A DNA stretch of 21,499 bases from Fidelibacterota bacterium. Its GTDB lineage: Bacteria; Fidelibacterota; UBA2242. Where the stretch lies: contig JBNGDF010000002.1 in the NCBI GenBank assembly GCA_049975265.1, forward strand, positions 132,944 to 154,442, written 5' to 3'. Shown here in pieces: positions 1-8,682 of the stretch. Positions within the stretch are counted from its first letter, which is position 1. The number at the start of each line of letters is the position of its first letter. Under the pieces are notes generated by a model, which was given only the letters and a program-made list of their open reading frames with translations, was not told the origin of the DNA and ran no database searches. Both the position numbers and the translations under genes were made by a program.

Positions 1-2
1 TT

Positions 3-440
3 ATGACGATTACCAAAGGAACAGAAAAAGCCCTGGTCGTCTGGTTTGGAATTGTGCAAAGCCTGCATCTCGTCGTGCTTGCCCGGGCGCTGATCATCTT
101 CTCCCGAACCGCCAAGCTCCCCTTCCCCGCCCTGCCGCCTCCACAAGGCTGGTCACCGCAGGCTGAACATTTCCTGACAGGTAACGGAATCATCGACGCC
201 TTCAATATTTTTCTGTCGCTGATCTTCATTTACGGTTATTTCAAATCTAAATCCTGGGCGCTAAAAACCGGGCTGATTGCGCTGACTATTCTGCTCTACT
301 CGGCACTGATTTTTTCCTACGTAACTATAAACGCCGGTGCCTGGTCGGCGCATCCCTATGCATACGGGTCAATGGTGGTACTATACCTTCCGATTTTTAT
401 ACTGACGATTCACTTTTTCCTAAATAAGGATATTTATTAA
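3..440 (+). CDS. Hypothetical integral membrane protein (about 4 TM helices); true start may lie upstream of the window
   Basis: 145-aa ORF with four hydrophobic stretches (ALVVWFGIVQSLHLVVLA, AFNIFLSLIFIYGYF, GLIALTILLYSALIFSYV, YGSMVVLYLPIFILTIHFF). It ends 2 nt before the next gene. No family recognised. Confidence 0.7.
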   Translation: MTITKGTEKALVVWFGIVQSLHLVVLARALIIFSRTAKLPFPALPPPQGWSPQAEHFLTGNGIIDAFNIFLSLIFIYGYFKSKSWALKTGLIALTILLYSALIFSYVTINAGAWSAHPYAYGSMVVLYLPIFILTIHFFLNKDIY

Positions 441-442
441 CC

Positions 443-643
443 ATGCAAAAAATTCTGATTATCCTTGGTGTCATCATCGCTCTGATCGGAATTTTCTGGC
501 CGTGGCTGAGTAAAATTCCCTTGGGGCATCTGCCCGGCGATATTATCATCAACCGCCCGAATACCCGCATTTATATTCCCATTACGACGATGATCCTGCT
601 GAGTCTGCTGTTGACCATCATTCTGCGTATTTTTCATAAATAA
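443..643 (+). CDS. DUF2905 family small membrane protein
   Basis: 66 aa, two TM segments flanking the characteristic LGHLPGDI...IYIPITTMILLSLLL pattern. AAGGA RBS-like sequence at about 426-430. Confidence 0.9.
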   Translation: MQKILIILGVIIALIGIFWPWLSKIPLGHLPGDIIINRPNTRIYIPITTMILLSLLLTIILRIFHK

Positions 644-690
644 TCCCGAATCAGATCATCGATATCGCAGCCGCGGGTCTCAGTTAATCG

Positions 691-718
691 TTGCAGGAAT
701 CCCGATTCCTTATAACTT
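691..718 (+). promoter_or_regulatory. Possible sigma70-type promoter for amn, with a palindrome in the spacer
   Basis: TTGCAG (691-696), 16-nt spacer, TAACTT (713-718). Perfect inverted repeat AGGAATC-cc-GATTCCT at 695-710. RBS GAGGAG at 734-739. Confidence 0.35.
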
Positions 719-742
719 ATTCTATCGTCAATTGAGGAGCCT

Positions 743-1519
743 ATGAGCCTGAAAAGTAAAGAAGATATCATTTCCAACTGGCTGCCACGCTATACAGATA
801 CGCCGCTGGCTGAGTTTGGCGAGTACATTCTGCTGACCAATTTCAACGACTACCTATGTCACTTCGCCGAGCGTTTTAATGTCCGCATTCGGGGAAATCA
901 CAAACCGATGCAGACCGCCACTGCAGATAATATTACGATTATCAATTTCGGTATGGGCAGTCCCATGGCGGCAACAATCATGGATCTGTTGGCAGCCATT
1001 CACCCAAAAGCCGCCCTCTTTCTGGGAAAGTGCGGCGGATTAAAGAAAAAAATCAAGGTCGGCGACCTGATTCTGCCGATTGCCGCTATCCGGGGCGACG
1101 GCACCAGCAACGATTATCTGCCACCGGAAGTACCGGCTCTGCCCTCGTTCCGACTGCAGCAGGCGGTCTCGGCTATGATCCGCAAGCACGAGGTCGACTA
1201 CTGGACCGGCACGGTCTACACAACCAATCGCCGGGTCTGGGAACATGATGAAAAATTCAAGGATTACCTCACACAGATCAGAGCGGCGGGGATAGATATG
1301 GAAACCGCAACCCTGTTCACCGTGGGATTCATCAATAAAATTCCTCACGGCGCCCTGCTGCTGGTCTCCGACAATCCGATGATTCCAGAAGGGATAAAAA
1401 CCGCCGTCAGCGATAAGAAAGTATCCCTTAAATTTGTCAAGACCCACCTTAATATCGGCATTGATGCGTTGCTTGAACTGGCAAACCGTGGCGAATCGGT
1501 CAAGCATATGCGCTTTTAG
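743..1519 (+). CDS. amn: AMP nucleosidase, short Bacteroidetes/Chlamydiae type (PNP/UDP phosphorylase fold)
   Basis: Motifs NWLPRYT, YILLTNF, ITIINFGMGSPMAATIMDLL, FLGKCGGL, AIRGDGTSNDY, TTNRRVWEHD, IDMETATLF, GALLLVSD and terminal SVKHMRF. Good RBS. Confidence 0.93.
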   Translation: MSLKSKEDIISNWLPRYTDTPLAEFGEYILLTNFNDYLCHFAERFNVRIRGNHKPMQTATADNITIINFGMGSPMAATIMDLLAAIHPKAALFLGKCGGLKKKIKVGDLILPIAAIRGDGTSNDYLPPEVPALPSFRLQQAVSAMIRKHEVDYWTGTVYTTNRRVWEHDEKFKDYLTQIRAAGIDMETATLFTVGFINKIPHGALLLVSDNPMIPEGIKTAVSDKKVSLKFVKTHLNIGIDALLELANRGESVKHMRF

Positions 1520-1535
1520 TCAGACAGGAGAATTC

Positions 1536-2348
1536 ATGAAATTTCGTAAAATCTTGATTGCAACCACCATTATTCTGATCACCGGTGGCACGGGCGCCCA
1601 AAACCTTTACCCCGTGCAAATCGATACAAAACATGGTTTTATCAACCGATCCGGAGAACTCGTAATTGATCCTCTCTACAGTGCAGTACACCCCTTTTCC
1701 GAAGGGCTGGCACTGGTGGAATTCAGACGGAAACTATGGCTGCTCCCCCAGCGTAAGCAGTTTGGATTTCTGAATACCGCGGGAGAATTTAAATTGACCC
1801 TCCGAACCTCCGAAGCCTACCGGTTTTCCGACGGATTAGCCATGGTAAAACAGGTCCGATATCTGCTCATATTGCCCATAAAGGAGTATTTCACCTATAT
1901 CGACAAAAACGGTACTGCCGTGCTTGAAGCGCCCTTTGAAAATGTCGGTCAGTTCCGGAGCGGATTAGCACTGGTCTGCATCGATAATCAATATGGCTAT
2001 ATTGACAAATCGGGGCAACTGAAGATTCAACCGCAGTTTGATCTCGTCTATCCTTTTCAAAATAATGTCGCCCGGGTAAAGGTTGACAGGCATTGGGGCT
2101 TTATCGACTCAGATGGTGGCTTTATCGTCGAACCGCGATTTGAACATGCACCGGATTTCAGCGAAAATCTCGCCGCTGTTAAAATGAATGGCAAATGGGG
2201 TTATATCGATCATCGGGGTAACTTTGTCATCAAACCCCAATTTCTCTCCGCAATGAATTTTCAGAACGGTCTGGCAGGAGTTGCCAATGACTCGTCTTCC
2301 GGTTACATCGATAACACCGGACGGTTTGTCTGGAAAAAACCAACGTAA
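1536..2348 (+). CDS. Exported WG-repeat (KWG-type) protein
   Basis: Start moved from the track's 1434 to ATG 1536, which has RBS AGGAG at 1526-1530 and a signal peptide (MKFRKILIATTIILITGGTGA). Multiple repeats of F-S-[ED]-G-L-A-x-V...[WY]-G-[FY]-I-D-x-x-G. Confidence 0.9.
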   Translation: MKFRKILIATTIILITGGTGAQNLYPVQIDTKHGFINRSGELVIDPLYSAVHPFSEGLALVEFRRKLWLLPQRKQFGFLNTAGEFKLTLRTSEAYRFSDGLAMVKQVRYLLILPIKEYFTYIDKNGTAVLEAPFENVGQFRSGLALVCIDNQYGYIDKSGQLKIQPQFDLVYPFQNNVARVKVDRHWGFIDSDGGFIVEPRFEHAPDFSENLAAVKMNGKWGYIDHRGNFVIKPQFLSAMNFQNGLAGVANDSSSGYIDNTGRFVWKKPT

Positions 2349-2403
2349 TTCTCTCTTGATATGAGGATCAGCGTCAAATCGCTTCAGCAACTCAGCGTCC
2401 GGT

Positions 2404-3084
2404 ATGAATAGAGCCAAAATCATGACCCGAAAACAGCTGATTATCCTTCACATCGCCCTCTCATTTATCAGTAATGCCCGGGCGGGCGACTGGGTATTGA
2501 TGAACGAGTCCGATGGTATTCGCAGCTACAGGACAGATCAACCGGCTGAATTCAAGGCGATTACTACGCTCAATTGCCGTCTGGATGTCATTGCCATAAT
2601 ATTAAGAGACTTTGCCGCTTACTCCCGCTGGATGCCCGATTGTCTGGAAGCGCGGCTTATCGATCAAAACAGTGACACACAGCTGCAACTCTATTATCGC
2701 CATCATGCGCCCTGGCCCTTCAAAAACCGCGATGCGGTGCTGCGTATCTCGACCCGTCTCGACACTGCCCGAAAGACCCTGTTTATCCGCACACGCAATA
2801 TCGACGACGAACGATTCCCGCCAGCCGACAGCTGCGTCCGCATGGTCCGGATGGAAGCCGACTGGATGATTCAATATCTCAATGGAAACCAGACTCGTAT
2901 CGAATATCGCCTGCTGACCGATCCCGGCGGCTACATTCCGCTGCAACAGGCGGAACAATTCATGTCAGACCTGCCCCATGAAACCCTTGTCGGGCTGAAA
3001 CGAATGATCAATAATCCCGAATATCATAAAAAAGCCGAGTCATCGCAGGAAAAGGAGCTGATTGAGAAATATTTTGAAAAATAA
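2404..3084 (+). CDS. START/SRPBCC domain lipid-binding protein with N-terminal signal peptide (start may be ATG 2422)
   Basis: W-x6-DGI, EFKA, YSRWMPDC, APWPFKNRDAV, VRM...W, TRIEY...DPGGYIP are typical START-domain motifs. Signal-like IILHIALSFISNARA. Confidence 0.85.
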   Translation: MNRAKIMTRKQLIILHIALSFISNARAGDWVLMNESDGIRSYRTDQPAEFKAITTLNCRLDVIAIILRDFAAYSRWMPDCLEARLIDQNSDTQLQLYYRHHAPWPFKNRDAVLRISTRLDTARKTLFIRTRNIDDERFPPADSCVRMVRMEADWMIQYLNGNQTRIEYRLLTDPGGYIPLQQAEQFMSDLPHETLVGLKRMINNPEYHKKAESSQEKELIEKYFEK

Positions 3085-3093
3085 CGATAAGGA

Positions 3094-4197
3094 ATGCAAA
3101 TGTCCTCTGTAAAATCCATTATGATGATCATTGGTATCGCTGCCCTGACACTGCAGGCGACACCGCCAGTGAATCCGCAAAAAGCCTCTGCCGGAGACCT
3201 AACCTTTTCCGGTCAGTGGTTTCTGGCATGGCAGTCCTGCACGGAACCGGATTCCACTTTTAATCAATTTGCGCTAAAGCAGGGTTATGTCACCTTCCAA
3301 AAGATTTTTAACAGCCGATTCTCCGCCCGGATCACTCAGGACATTGCTGTGGACCATGAAGGCGACGGTATGGGTAACATCGAAATCCGGTTGAAATACG
3401 GTTACCTGCGCTATTCTTTTGAAAAGTTGCTGTTTCTCACCAGACCATTCATTGAAGCGGGATTGGTACACCGCCCCTGGATCGACTTCGAACAAAAGAT
3501 AAATCGCTATCGGGTACAGGGTCCAATGTATCTGGAACGCAGATCACTCCTGCGCTCCGCCGACTATGGCGTGACATTCAGTGCCCTGATCGGCGACATC
3601 CTGGTTGACGACTCCCGACAATTCATCAGTCCCCATTACCCGGGAAAATTCGGCAGTCTGGCAGTCGGAATTTATAACGGAGGCGGATACGATATGATCG
3701 AGAATAACAACAACAAGCTCATCGAGGGCAGACTGTCGCTTCGTCCGGTTCCCAAACGATTACCCGGATTTCAGTGTCACTATATCGGCGCTTACGGAAA
3801 GGGCAATACCACTGCCGCTCCCGACTTTTCGCTGAACGCTTTCAGCCTTACTATCGAGCAGCACAATATTGTCCTAGTCTCCACACTGATTTCAGGATGC
3901 GGAGATGCATTCGGAATTCTAGTAGATAATCGTGGACACTCCCTGGAACAGAACGGTTATTCCCAATTTTTCGAGCTGCGTTCGGGTCGCATGGGAGCCA
4001 GCCTTTTCGGACGCTACGACCGGTTGCGAACCTATCTGTCCGGCAATGATCGTTATTGCGAAATCTATATTGCCGGTCTTGCCTGCTCTCTTTTCGAAAA
4101 GGCGCGACTGGTGGCGGATGTGGAATATCAAAAAGAACAGGAAACGAGCACAAAGCATCAAAGAACCTTCGAAATCGCCATCGAATTTCTATATTAA
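3094..4197 (+). CDS. Outer-membrane beta-barrel, porin-like (resembles phosphate-selective porin O/P-like proteins)
   Basis: Signal peptide, then amphipathic strands (FNQFALKQGYVTF, ARITQDI, IRLKYGYL, PWIDFEQKINRYR, SADYGV, GIYNGGGY, KLIEGRLSLRP, LFGRYD) and an aromatic C-terminal strand FEIAIEFLY. Confidence 0.7.
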   Translation: MQMSSVKSIMMIIGIAALTLQATPPVNPQKASAGDLTFSGQWFLAWQSCTEPDSTFNQFALKQGYVTFQKIFNSRFSARITQDIAVDHEGDGMGNIEIRLKYGYLRYSFEKLLFLTRPFIEAGLVHRPWIDFEQKINRYRVQGPMYLERRSLLRSADYGVTFSALIGDILVDDSRQFISPHYPGKFGSLAVGIYNGGGYDMIENNNNKLIEGRLSLRPVPKRLPGFQCHYIGAYGKGNTTAAPDFSLNAFSLTIEQHNIVLVSTLISGCGDAFGILVDNRGHSLEQNGYSQFFELRSGRMGASLFGRYDRLRTYLSGNDRYCEIYIAGLACSLFEKARLVADVEYQKEQETSTKHQRTFEIAIEFLY

Positions 4198-4224
4198 TTC
4201 ATGCATTTAATCCGTGGAGGAGTC

Positions 4225-5997
4225 ATGAAAACAACAATCCGTCTACTCCGGAAAGTCGGTCTGCTTTTCCTATTTGTCCCGACGGTACTGGTTGCCCGGA
4301 CAGATTTCCATTACCCGGAACTGGAAACCGCTTTTGAAACGTATCGCTTCTGCACACTGCCGTTGAATACCCTGAAAATTCATCATGTCGACAGCCTGCT
4401 GAAAGCATTAAAGCAGAAATTCCCGGAATCACTGCAGGTGGAAGAGGTCGGTCGTTCCGTCCAAAACCGTCCTGTTTTTCTGGCTTCTCTGGGCAACGGA
4501 CCTGTCACCGTGCTGCTCTGGAGTCAGATGCATGGCGATGAACCCACTGCCACCGCCGCCCTGTTTGACATTTTTCATTATCTGTTAAATAATCCAGATG
4601 ATCCTTTTGCCCAGAGAATTCTCAATAATCTCACGATCCGTGCCGTTCCGATGCTCAATCCCGACGGTGCCGAGAAATTTCAGCGCCGCAATGCCCAGAA
4701 TCTGGATATCAACCGCGACGCCCGTGACCGGTCATCGGCGGAAGCCCGGCTTCTGTTTCAGTTAAAAGAGAAATATCATCCCACTTTCGGTTACAATCTG
4801 CACGATCAGAGTCAACGGCGGACCGTGGGCAATACCAACCAATTGGTCGCGATTGCCCTGATGGCACCACCCTTCGATGCGCATATTGACGACAACCCGG
4901 TGCGTATTCGCGCGAAAAAGCTGGTCTCCGTTATCTATCAATCGCTGGGTCCCTATCTCTACGGACACATTGCCAAATATGACAGCGACTATATGCCACG
5001 CGCCTTCGGTGACTCCATGCAGAACTGGGGCGTCAGCACCGTCCTGATCGAATCCGGTGGCTGGTATCAGGATCGCGACAATTTCCTGCAGAAAATGAAT
5101 TTTATCGCCATTTTGGCTTCACTGCACGCCATTGCTGACGGCAGCTATGAGTCTGCAAACCCGGCGATCTACGACGCTCTGATGCTCAATGACAAAGACC
5201 TCTACGATCTGGTTATCAGCGACGTGGCACTGATTGACGGTACCGGGAATGAACCCTTCAAGGCGGACGTGGCAATCAATTACCATCTGAAAGACATTCA
5301 GGACCCCAATTCGGAACGGATCGGAGTCATTGCCGAATTCGGTGATCTGGACTTTTTCGCTGCGAAAGATACCATCTTGGGTGCCGGATATTTTCTCACC
5401 CCCGGTTTAATCGGTGTTGCAGACTATGTTTCCGGTGAAGACCGGTTCGCCAGGCAGGTCTCCAAAATGGCGCAAAATGGTTATACAACTATTCTGATTC
5501 CACTCAGCGAAAAGCAGGTCAATATCCTGCCCTCTCTCGAAAAGACTCTCCGTGAGATACCTTTTCCCGGCAACAGCGGCGCTCTGCTGACTCTCGAAAC
5601 TGTACTTGTCAGCGCCAGCGATTCTCTGCACCTGCTGCGGTCTCTGAAACGGGGCTTCATGGGGCTGGCACTACCCGACTCCACCCTCAAAAGTGCCACC
5701 CTCAGTACATGGCTCGGGCTTCCCAACGGGTATCTGGACCTCGCTGACGACGGCAAACCAATTCGCAAATTGTCGGGTTCGGAACTGCAGCACAGAACGG
5801 GCACACCGGCTGAAAAATGGCAGATTCCCCGCCGGGGGAACATTCGTCCGGGACAGATCGCCGATCTGGTGCTCTTTTCCGAAAAGATCATCGGCAAACC
5901 GAAAGTGGAACTCATCATGATCAAGGGACATTGCGTCTACGAAAAGGGAGAATGGATTAAAAGCGATATTTCCGGTGAGTGCTGGCTGCCGGAATAA
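4225..5997 (+). CDS. M14 family zinc carboxypeptidase with C-terminal degenerate amidohydrolase-like domain
   Basis: Start at ATG 4225 after RBS GGAGGAG, with a signal peptide. M14 motifs GRSVQNR, SQMHGDE (HxxE), NPDG, RRNAQNLDINRD, NLHDQ and LIESGG. From about 5200 there are amidohydrolase beta-sandwich motifs (YDLVISDVALIDGTG...ADVAI, PGLIG, GYTT, RGNIRPGQIADLVLF, IMIKG). Confidence 0.88.
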   Translation: MKTTIRLLRKVGLLFLFVPTVLVARTDFHYPELETAFETYRFCTLPLNTLKIHHVDSLLKALKQKFPESLQVEEVGRSVQNRPVFLASLGNGPVTVLLWSQMHGDEPTATAALFDIFHYLLNNPDDPFAQRILNNLTIRAVPMLNPDGAEKFQRRNAQNLDINRDARDRSSAEARLLFQLKEKYHPTFGYNLHDQSQRRTVGNTNQLVAIALMAPPFDAHIDDNPVRIRAKKLVSVIYQSLGPYLYGHIAKYDSDYMPRAFGDSMQNWGVSTVLIESGGWYQDRDNFLQKMNFIAILASLHAIADGSYESANPAIYDALMLNDKDLYDLVISDVALIDGTGNEPFKADVAINYHLKDIQDPNSERIGVIAEFGDLDFFAAKDTILGAGYFLTPGLIGVADYVSGEDRFARQVSKMAQNGYTTILIPLSEKQVNILPSLEKTLREIPFPGNSGALLTLETVLVSASDSLHLLRSLKRGFMGLALPDSTLKSATLSTWLGLPNGYLDLADDGKPIRKLSGSELQHRTGTPAEKWQIPRRGNIRPGQIADLVLFSEKIIGKPKVELIMIKGHCVYEKGEWIKSDISGECWLPE

Positions 5998-6023
5998 TCG
6001 GCACATTCTCACCATGATCACGA

Positions 6024-6052
6024 TTGACATTCAGACCGTTATTAATTAATAT
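6024..6052 (+). promoter_or_regulatory. Sigma70-type promoter for the receptor-YfiR-kinase operon
   Basis: Perfect -35 TTGACA (6024-6029), 17-nt spacer, -10-like TAATAT (6047-6052), within an AT-rich 117-nt intergenic gap. Confidence 0.6.
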
Positions 6053-6114
6053 ACAATAAACAGCTATTTTGAATCGCGAATTAAATCAATTTTCGCAATT
6101 AATCACGACTGGAT

Positions 6115-8082
6115 GTGGCTTTGAACAGATGGAAAAATTTCGGTTTTTCACTCATCCTCATTTTTTGCATCACCCTGCCTGGTCAAGAGTCTGAATTCGA
6201 AGACTGGCTGGAAATGGGCCTGAGCGAGCTGATGAATATCAAGGTCACAACCGCCACGAAACGGGACCAGCTCATTAAACGCGTCCCGGCAAGCGTTCGG
6301 ATCGTCACTGAAAAACAGATCGAAGAGCGGGCTTATCAGACACTGGAAGATGTGCTGGCGGACCTGCCCGGCTTTCAGTTTCGCAATATCCAGGGCTTTA
6401 ACAGCTACTCCTTCCAGCGGGGTGCACCCAGCCAAAATAACCTGATTCTGGTGCTCATTGACGGCATCCAGATCAACGAGCTGAATTCCGGCGGATTTTA
6501 CGGCGGCTATCAGTATAATCTTCAGAATGTCAAAAAGATCGAAGTGGTTTACGGACCTTCCTCCGCCCTCTACGGCACCAATGCTATTTCCGGAATCATC
6601 AATATCATCACCAAAGATGCCGAAACCTCTCCCCGGGCAAGTGCCAGTCTGGCGGGTGGTTCCTTCGGCAGCCTGTTCGCCAACGGTTCCTATGCCTTTC
6701 ATTCCGCCGACTCCGATCTCGGCATATTGCTCACAGCCCATCATAAACAGACCGAAAAGGCAGACCTGGGCGGCGCGGCGGGTGATAATAATTGGTCGGA
6801 AAACATGGAAAATTTCGAAATGGTTTCCGGCGTAGACGCCCGGGTCAACTACGGCAACAGTCGCCTCGGTCTGACGCTGCAGGACAAACAGGCTTCCCGT
6901 ACGACCAATTACAAATCCATCGGCACCGATTACCTCGACCGCAACACCAATTTCCACATCCGCTTTATCAACGCCTATCTCAGCAATCTTTACAAAAAAC
7001 AATCCAATTGGACCCTCAAATCTCTACTCTACTATCGCAATTCCACCGTAATGGACAACACCATCGCCTATATCCGGAGCGATACGCTGGGACAGGTCGG
7101 CTACTATCGTCCCAATGCACTGGTGGGAATCGAAGAACAGTTTGACTATCAATTCAATAAGGATGCGAATATGACCGCCGGTGCGGTTGCGGAGTACGAA
7201 AAACTATCCGCGGATTTTTCTGTAACCCACAGCGGTGATCCGGATATGGCACCACCCAAACCCGCCGCACCCGACTTTGAGAAAAACCGGCTGCTCAGCC
7301 TCTATCTCCAGTCGCAGTATCAATTTCATTCCGCGGTTGAATTTACCGGCGGGATTCGTCTGGACCGGAGCTCCTATTACGGTACTGTCTTCACACCCCG
7401 TTTCGGAATCGTCTACAGCCGGCACCATCAGACTGCGAAACTGCTGTATACCGAAGCCTTCCGTGCCCCGAAACCCTGGGATTACAACTGGGGTGTCGGC
7501 AACCAGAACCTGAATCCCGAACGTATGAAGTCTCTGGAACTCGCCACCATCTTCACACCCTCTAACCATCTCAGAATCGACCTCTCCGTCTATAAAAATC
7601 AGATTTACGATAAACTGACACAAAATGACACCCTATTCCTATGGATCAATGCCAACCGCCTGAATACGACGGGACTGGAAACCGGCATCGAATATAGCCG
7701 CAGTAAGTTTCAGGTATATTGTAATTACACGTTTACCGATTCCAAATATAACGACGGCAGCACTGTCCCGGAAATCGCCCCCCACGGTTTGAATATAGGC
7801 GCTGCTTATACTTTGCGGCAAAATTTAAAGCTCAATCTCCGGGCAAATTACCTCGGTCGTCGTAAAAACCCGGTGCACATCACCGCAACAGATAGCGACT
7901 ATGTCGAACCCTATTTTGTCCTGAATGGCATTATCAATTATAAACCGCTTCCCTTCCTGGAATTGCAGACAGCTGTCTATAATCTGCTGGATGCCTGCTA
8001 TTATCACACCTCCAACCGACCTCCGGAGCGCTATCGCCAGGCTCAGCGCACCATCATTTTCAGGATTTCCTGTCAAATCTAA
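6115..8082 (+). CDS. TonB-dependent receptor (plug + barrel) of the YfiR-associated type; exact start (GTG 6115 or TTG 6121) uncertain
   Basis: Signal peptide, then LEMGLSELMNIKVTTATK...PASVRIVT (TonB-box region). Plug motifs LVLIDG and KIEVVYGPSSALYGTNAISGIINIIT. Barrel motifs GIRLD, TPRFG, AFRAP, LNPE, YNLLD. Confidence 0.93.
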   Translation: MALNRWKNFGFSLILIFCITLPGQESEFEDWLEMGLSELMNIKVTTATKRDQLIKRVPASVRIVTEKQIEERAYQTLEDVLADLPGFQFRNIQGFNSYSFQRGAPSQNNLILVLIDGIQINELNSGGFYGGYQYNLQNVKKIEVVYGPSSALYGTNAISGIINIITKDAETSPRASASLAGGSFGSLFANGSYAFHSADSDLGILLTAHHKQTEKADLGGAAGDNNWSENMENFEMVSGVDARVNYGNSRLGLTLQDKQASRTTNYKSIGTDYLDRNTNFHIRFINAYLSNLYKKQSNWTLKSLLYYRNSTVMDNTIAYIRSDTLGQVGYYRPNALVGIEEQFDYQFNKDANMTAGAVAEYEKLSADFSVTHSGDPDMAPPKPAAPDFEKNRLLSLYLQSQYQFHSAVEFTGGIRLDRSSYYGTVFTPRFGIVYSRHHQTAKLLYTEAFRAPKPWDYNWGVGNQNLNPERMKSLELATIFTPSNHLRIDLSVYKNQIYDKLTQNDTLFLWINANRLNTTGLETGIEYSRSKFQVYCNYTFTDSKYNDGSTVPEIAPHGLNIGAAYTLRQNLKLNLRANYLGRRKNPVHITATDSDYVEPYFVLNGIINYKPLPFLELQTAVYNLLDACYYHTSNRPPERYRQAQRTIIFRISCQI

Positions 8083-8117
8083 AAAGGATAATAATAAGCG
8101 GCTAAACTGAGAATTAT

Positions 8118-8672
8118 GTGAAACAAAAGCAATCCCCGCGAAACATCCGGCTGGCGACGCTTGTCTCTGTCTGCATCGCTCTGCTGTCTGTAAACGCCCG
8201 TTCTTCGTCGCCTTCCGCCGCCGACATTGACCAACTGAAAGCCGTGTTTATCTACAACTTTACAAAATATATCACCTGGCCCGACACCGCCCGGACCACA
8301 ACCTTCAAAATCGGTGTGCTGGGTAATAGCGACATTCTCGACCCGCTTCAGCAACTGGCTGTAAAAAAAATGATCAACAACAAACCCATCGAGGTCTGTC
8401 ATTTTGAATCTCTCAGCCACCTGCATGCCTGCCAGATTCTGTTCATATCTCCTTCCGTCCGGGTACCGATCCCGGACATTCTCAACCAACTGGGAAATCA
8501 GGCTACCCTGACCATTGGCGATGCGCCCGGTCTGTGTAAGCAGGGAGTTATGATCAACTTTTTCCAGCAGAGCGATATGGTAAAATTCGAGCTCAATCCG
8601 CACCGGCTGGCAGCCGCCGGTTTCCAGGTCAGCTCCCAGCTTCAAAAATTAGCCCGGATAGTGGTAGAATGA
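8118..8672 (+). CDS. YfiR/HmsC family periplasmic protein (DUF4154)
   Basis: Signal peptide, then LKAVFIYNFTKYITWP, IGVLG, CQILFIS, LTIGD, GVMINF, VKFELN and SSQLQKLA, all typical YfiR-family motifs. Confidence 0.92.
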   Translation: MKQKQSPRNIRLATLVSVCIALLSVNARSSSPSAADIDQLKAVFIYNFTKYITWPDTARTTTFKIGVLGNSDILDPLQQLAVKKMINNKPIEVCHFESLSHLHACQILFISPSVRVPIPDILNQLGNQATLTIGDAPGLCKQGVMINFFQQSDMVKFELNPHRLAAAGFQVSSQLQKLARIVVE

Positions 8673-8682
8673 AGAGAACCCG

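Noticed and set aside
1434..1535. Longer N-terminus for the WG-repeat ORF given in the ORF track
   Set aside because: It overlaps the amn 3' end. ATG 1536 has a clear AGGAG RBS and begins a signal peptide.
2368..2399. TCAGCGTC direct repeat (2368-2375 and 2392-2399) upstream of the START gene
   Set aside because: Two 8-mers in a short gap with no promoter context, which is compatible with chance.
6148..7002. 284-aa minus-strand ORF inside the TonB receptor gene
   Set aside because: Antisense shadow of a well-supported gene, with no recognisable motifs or RBS.
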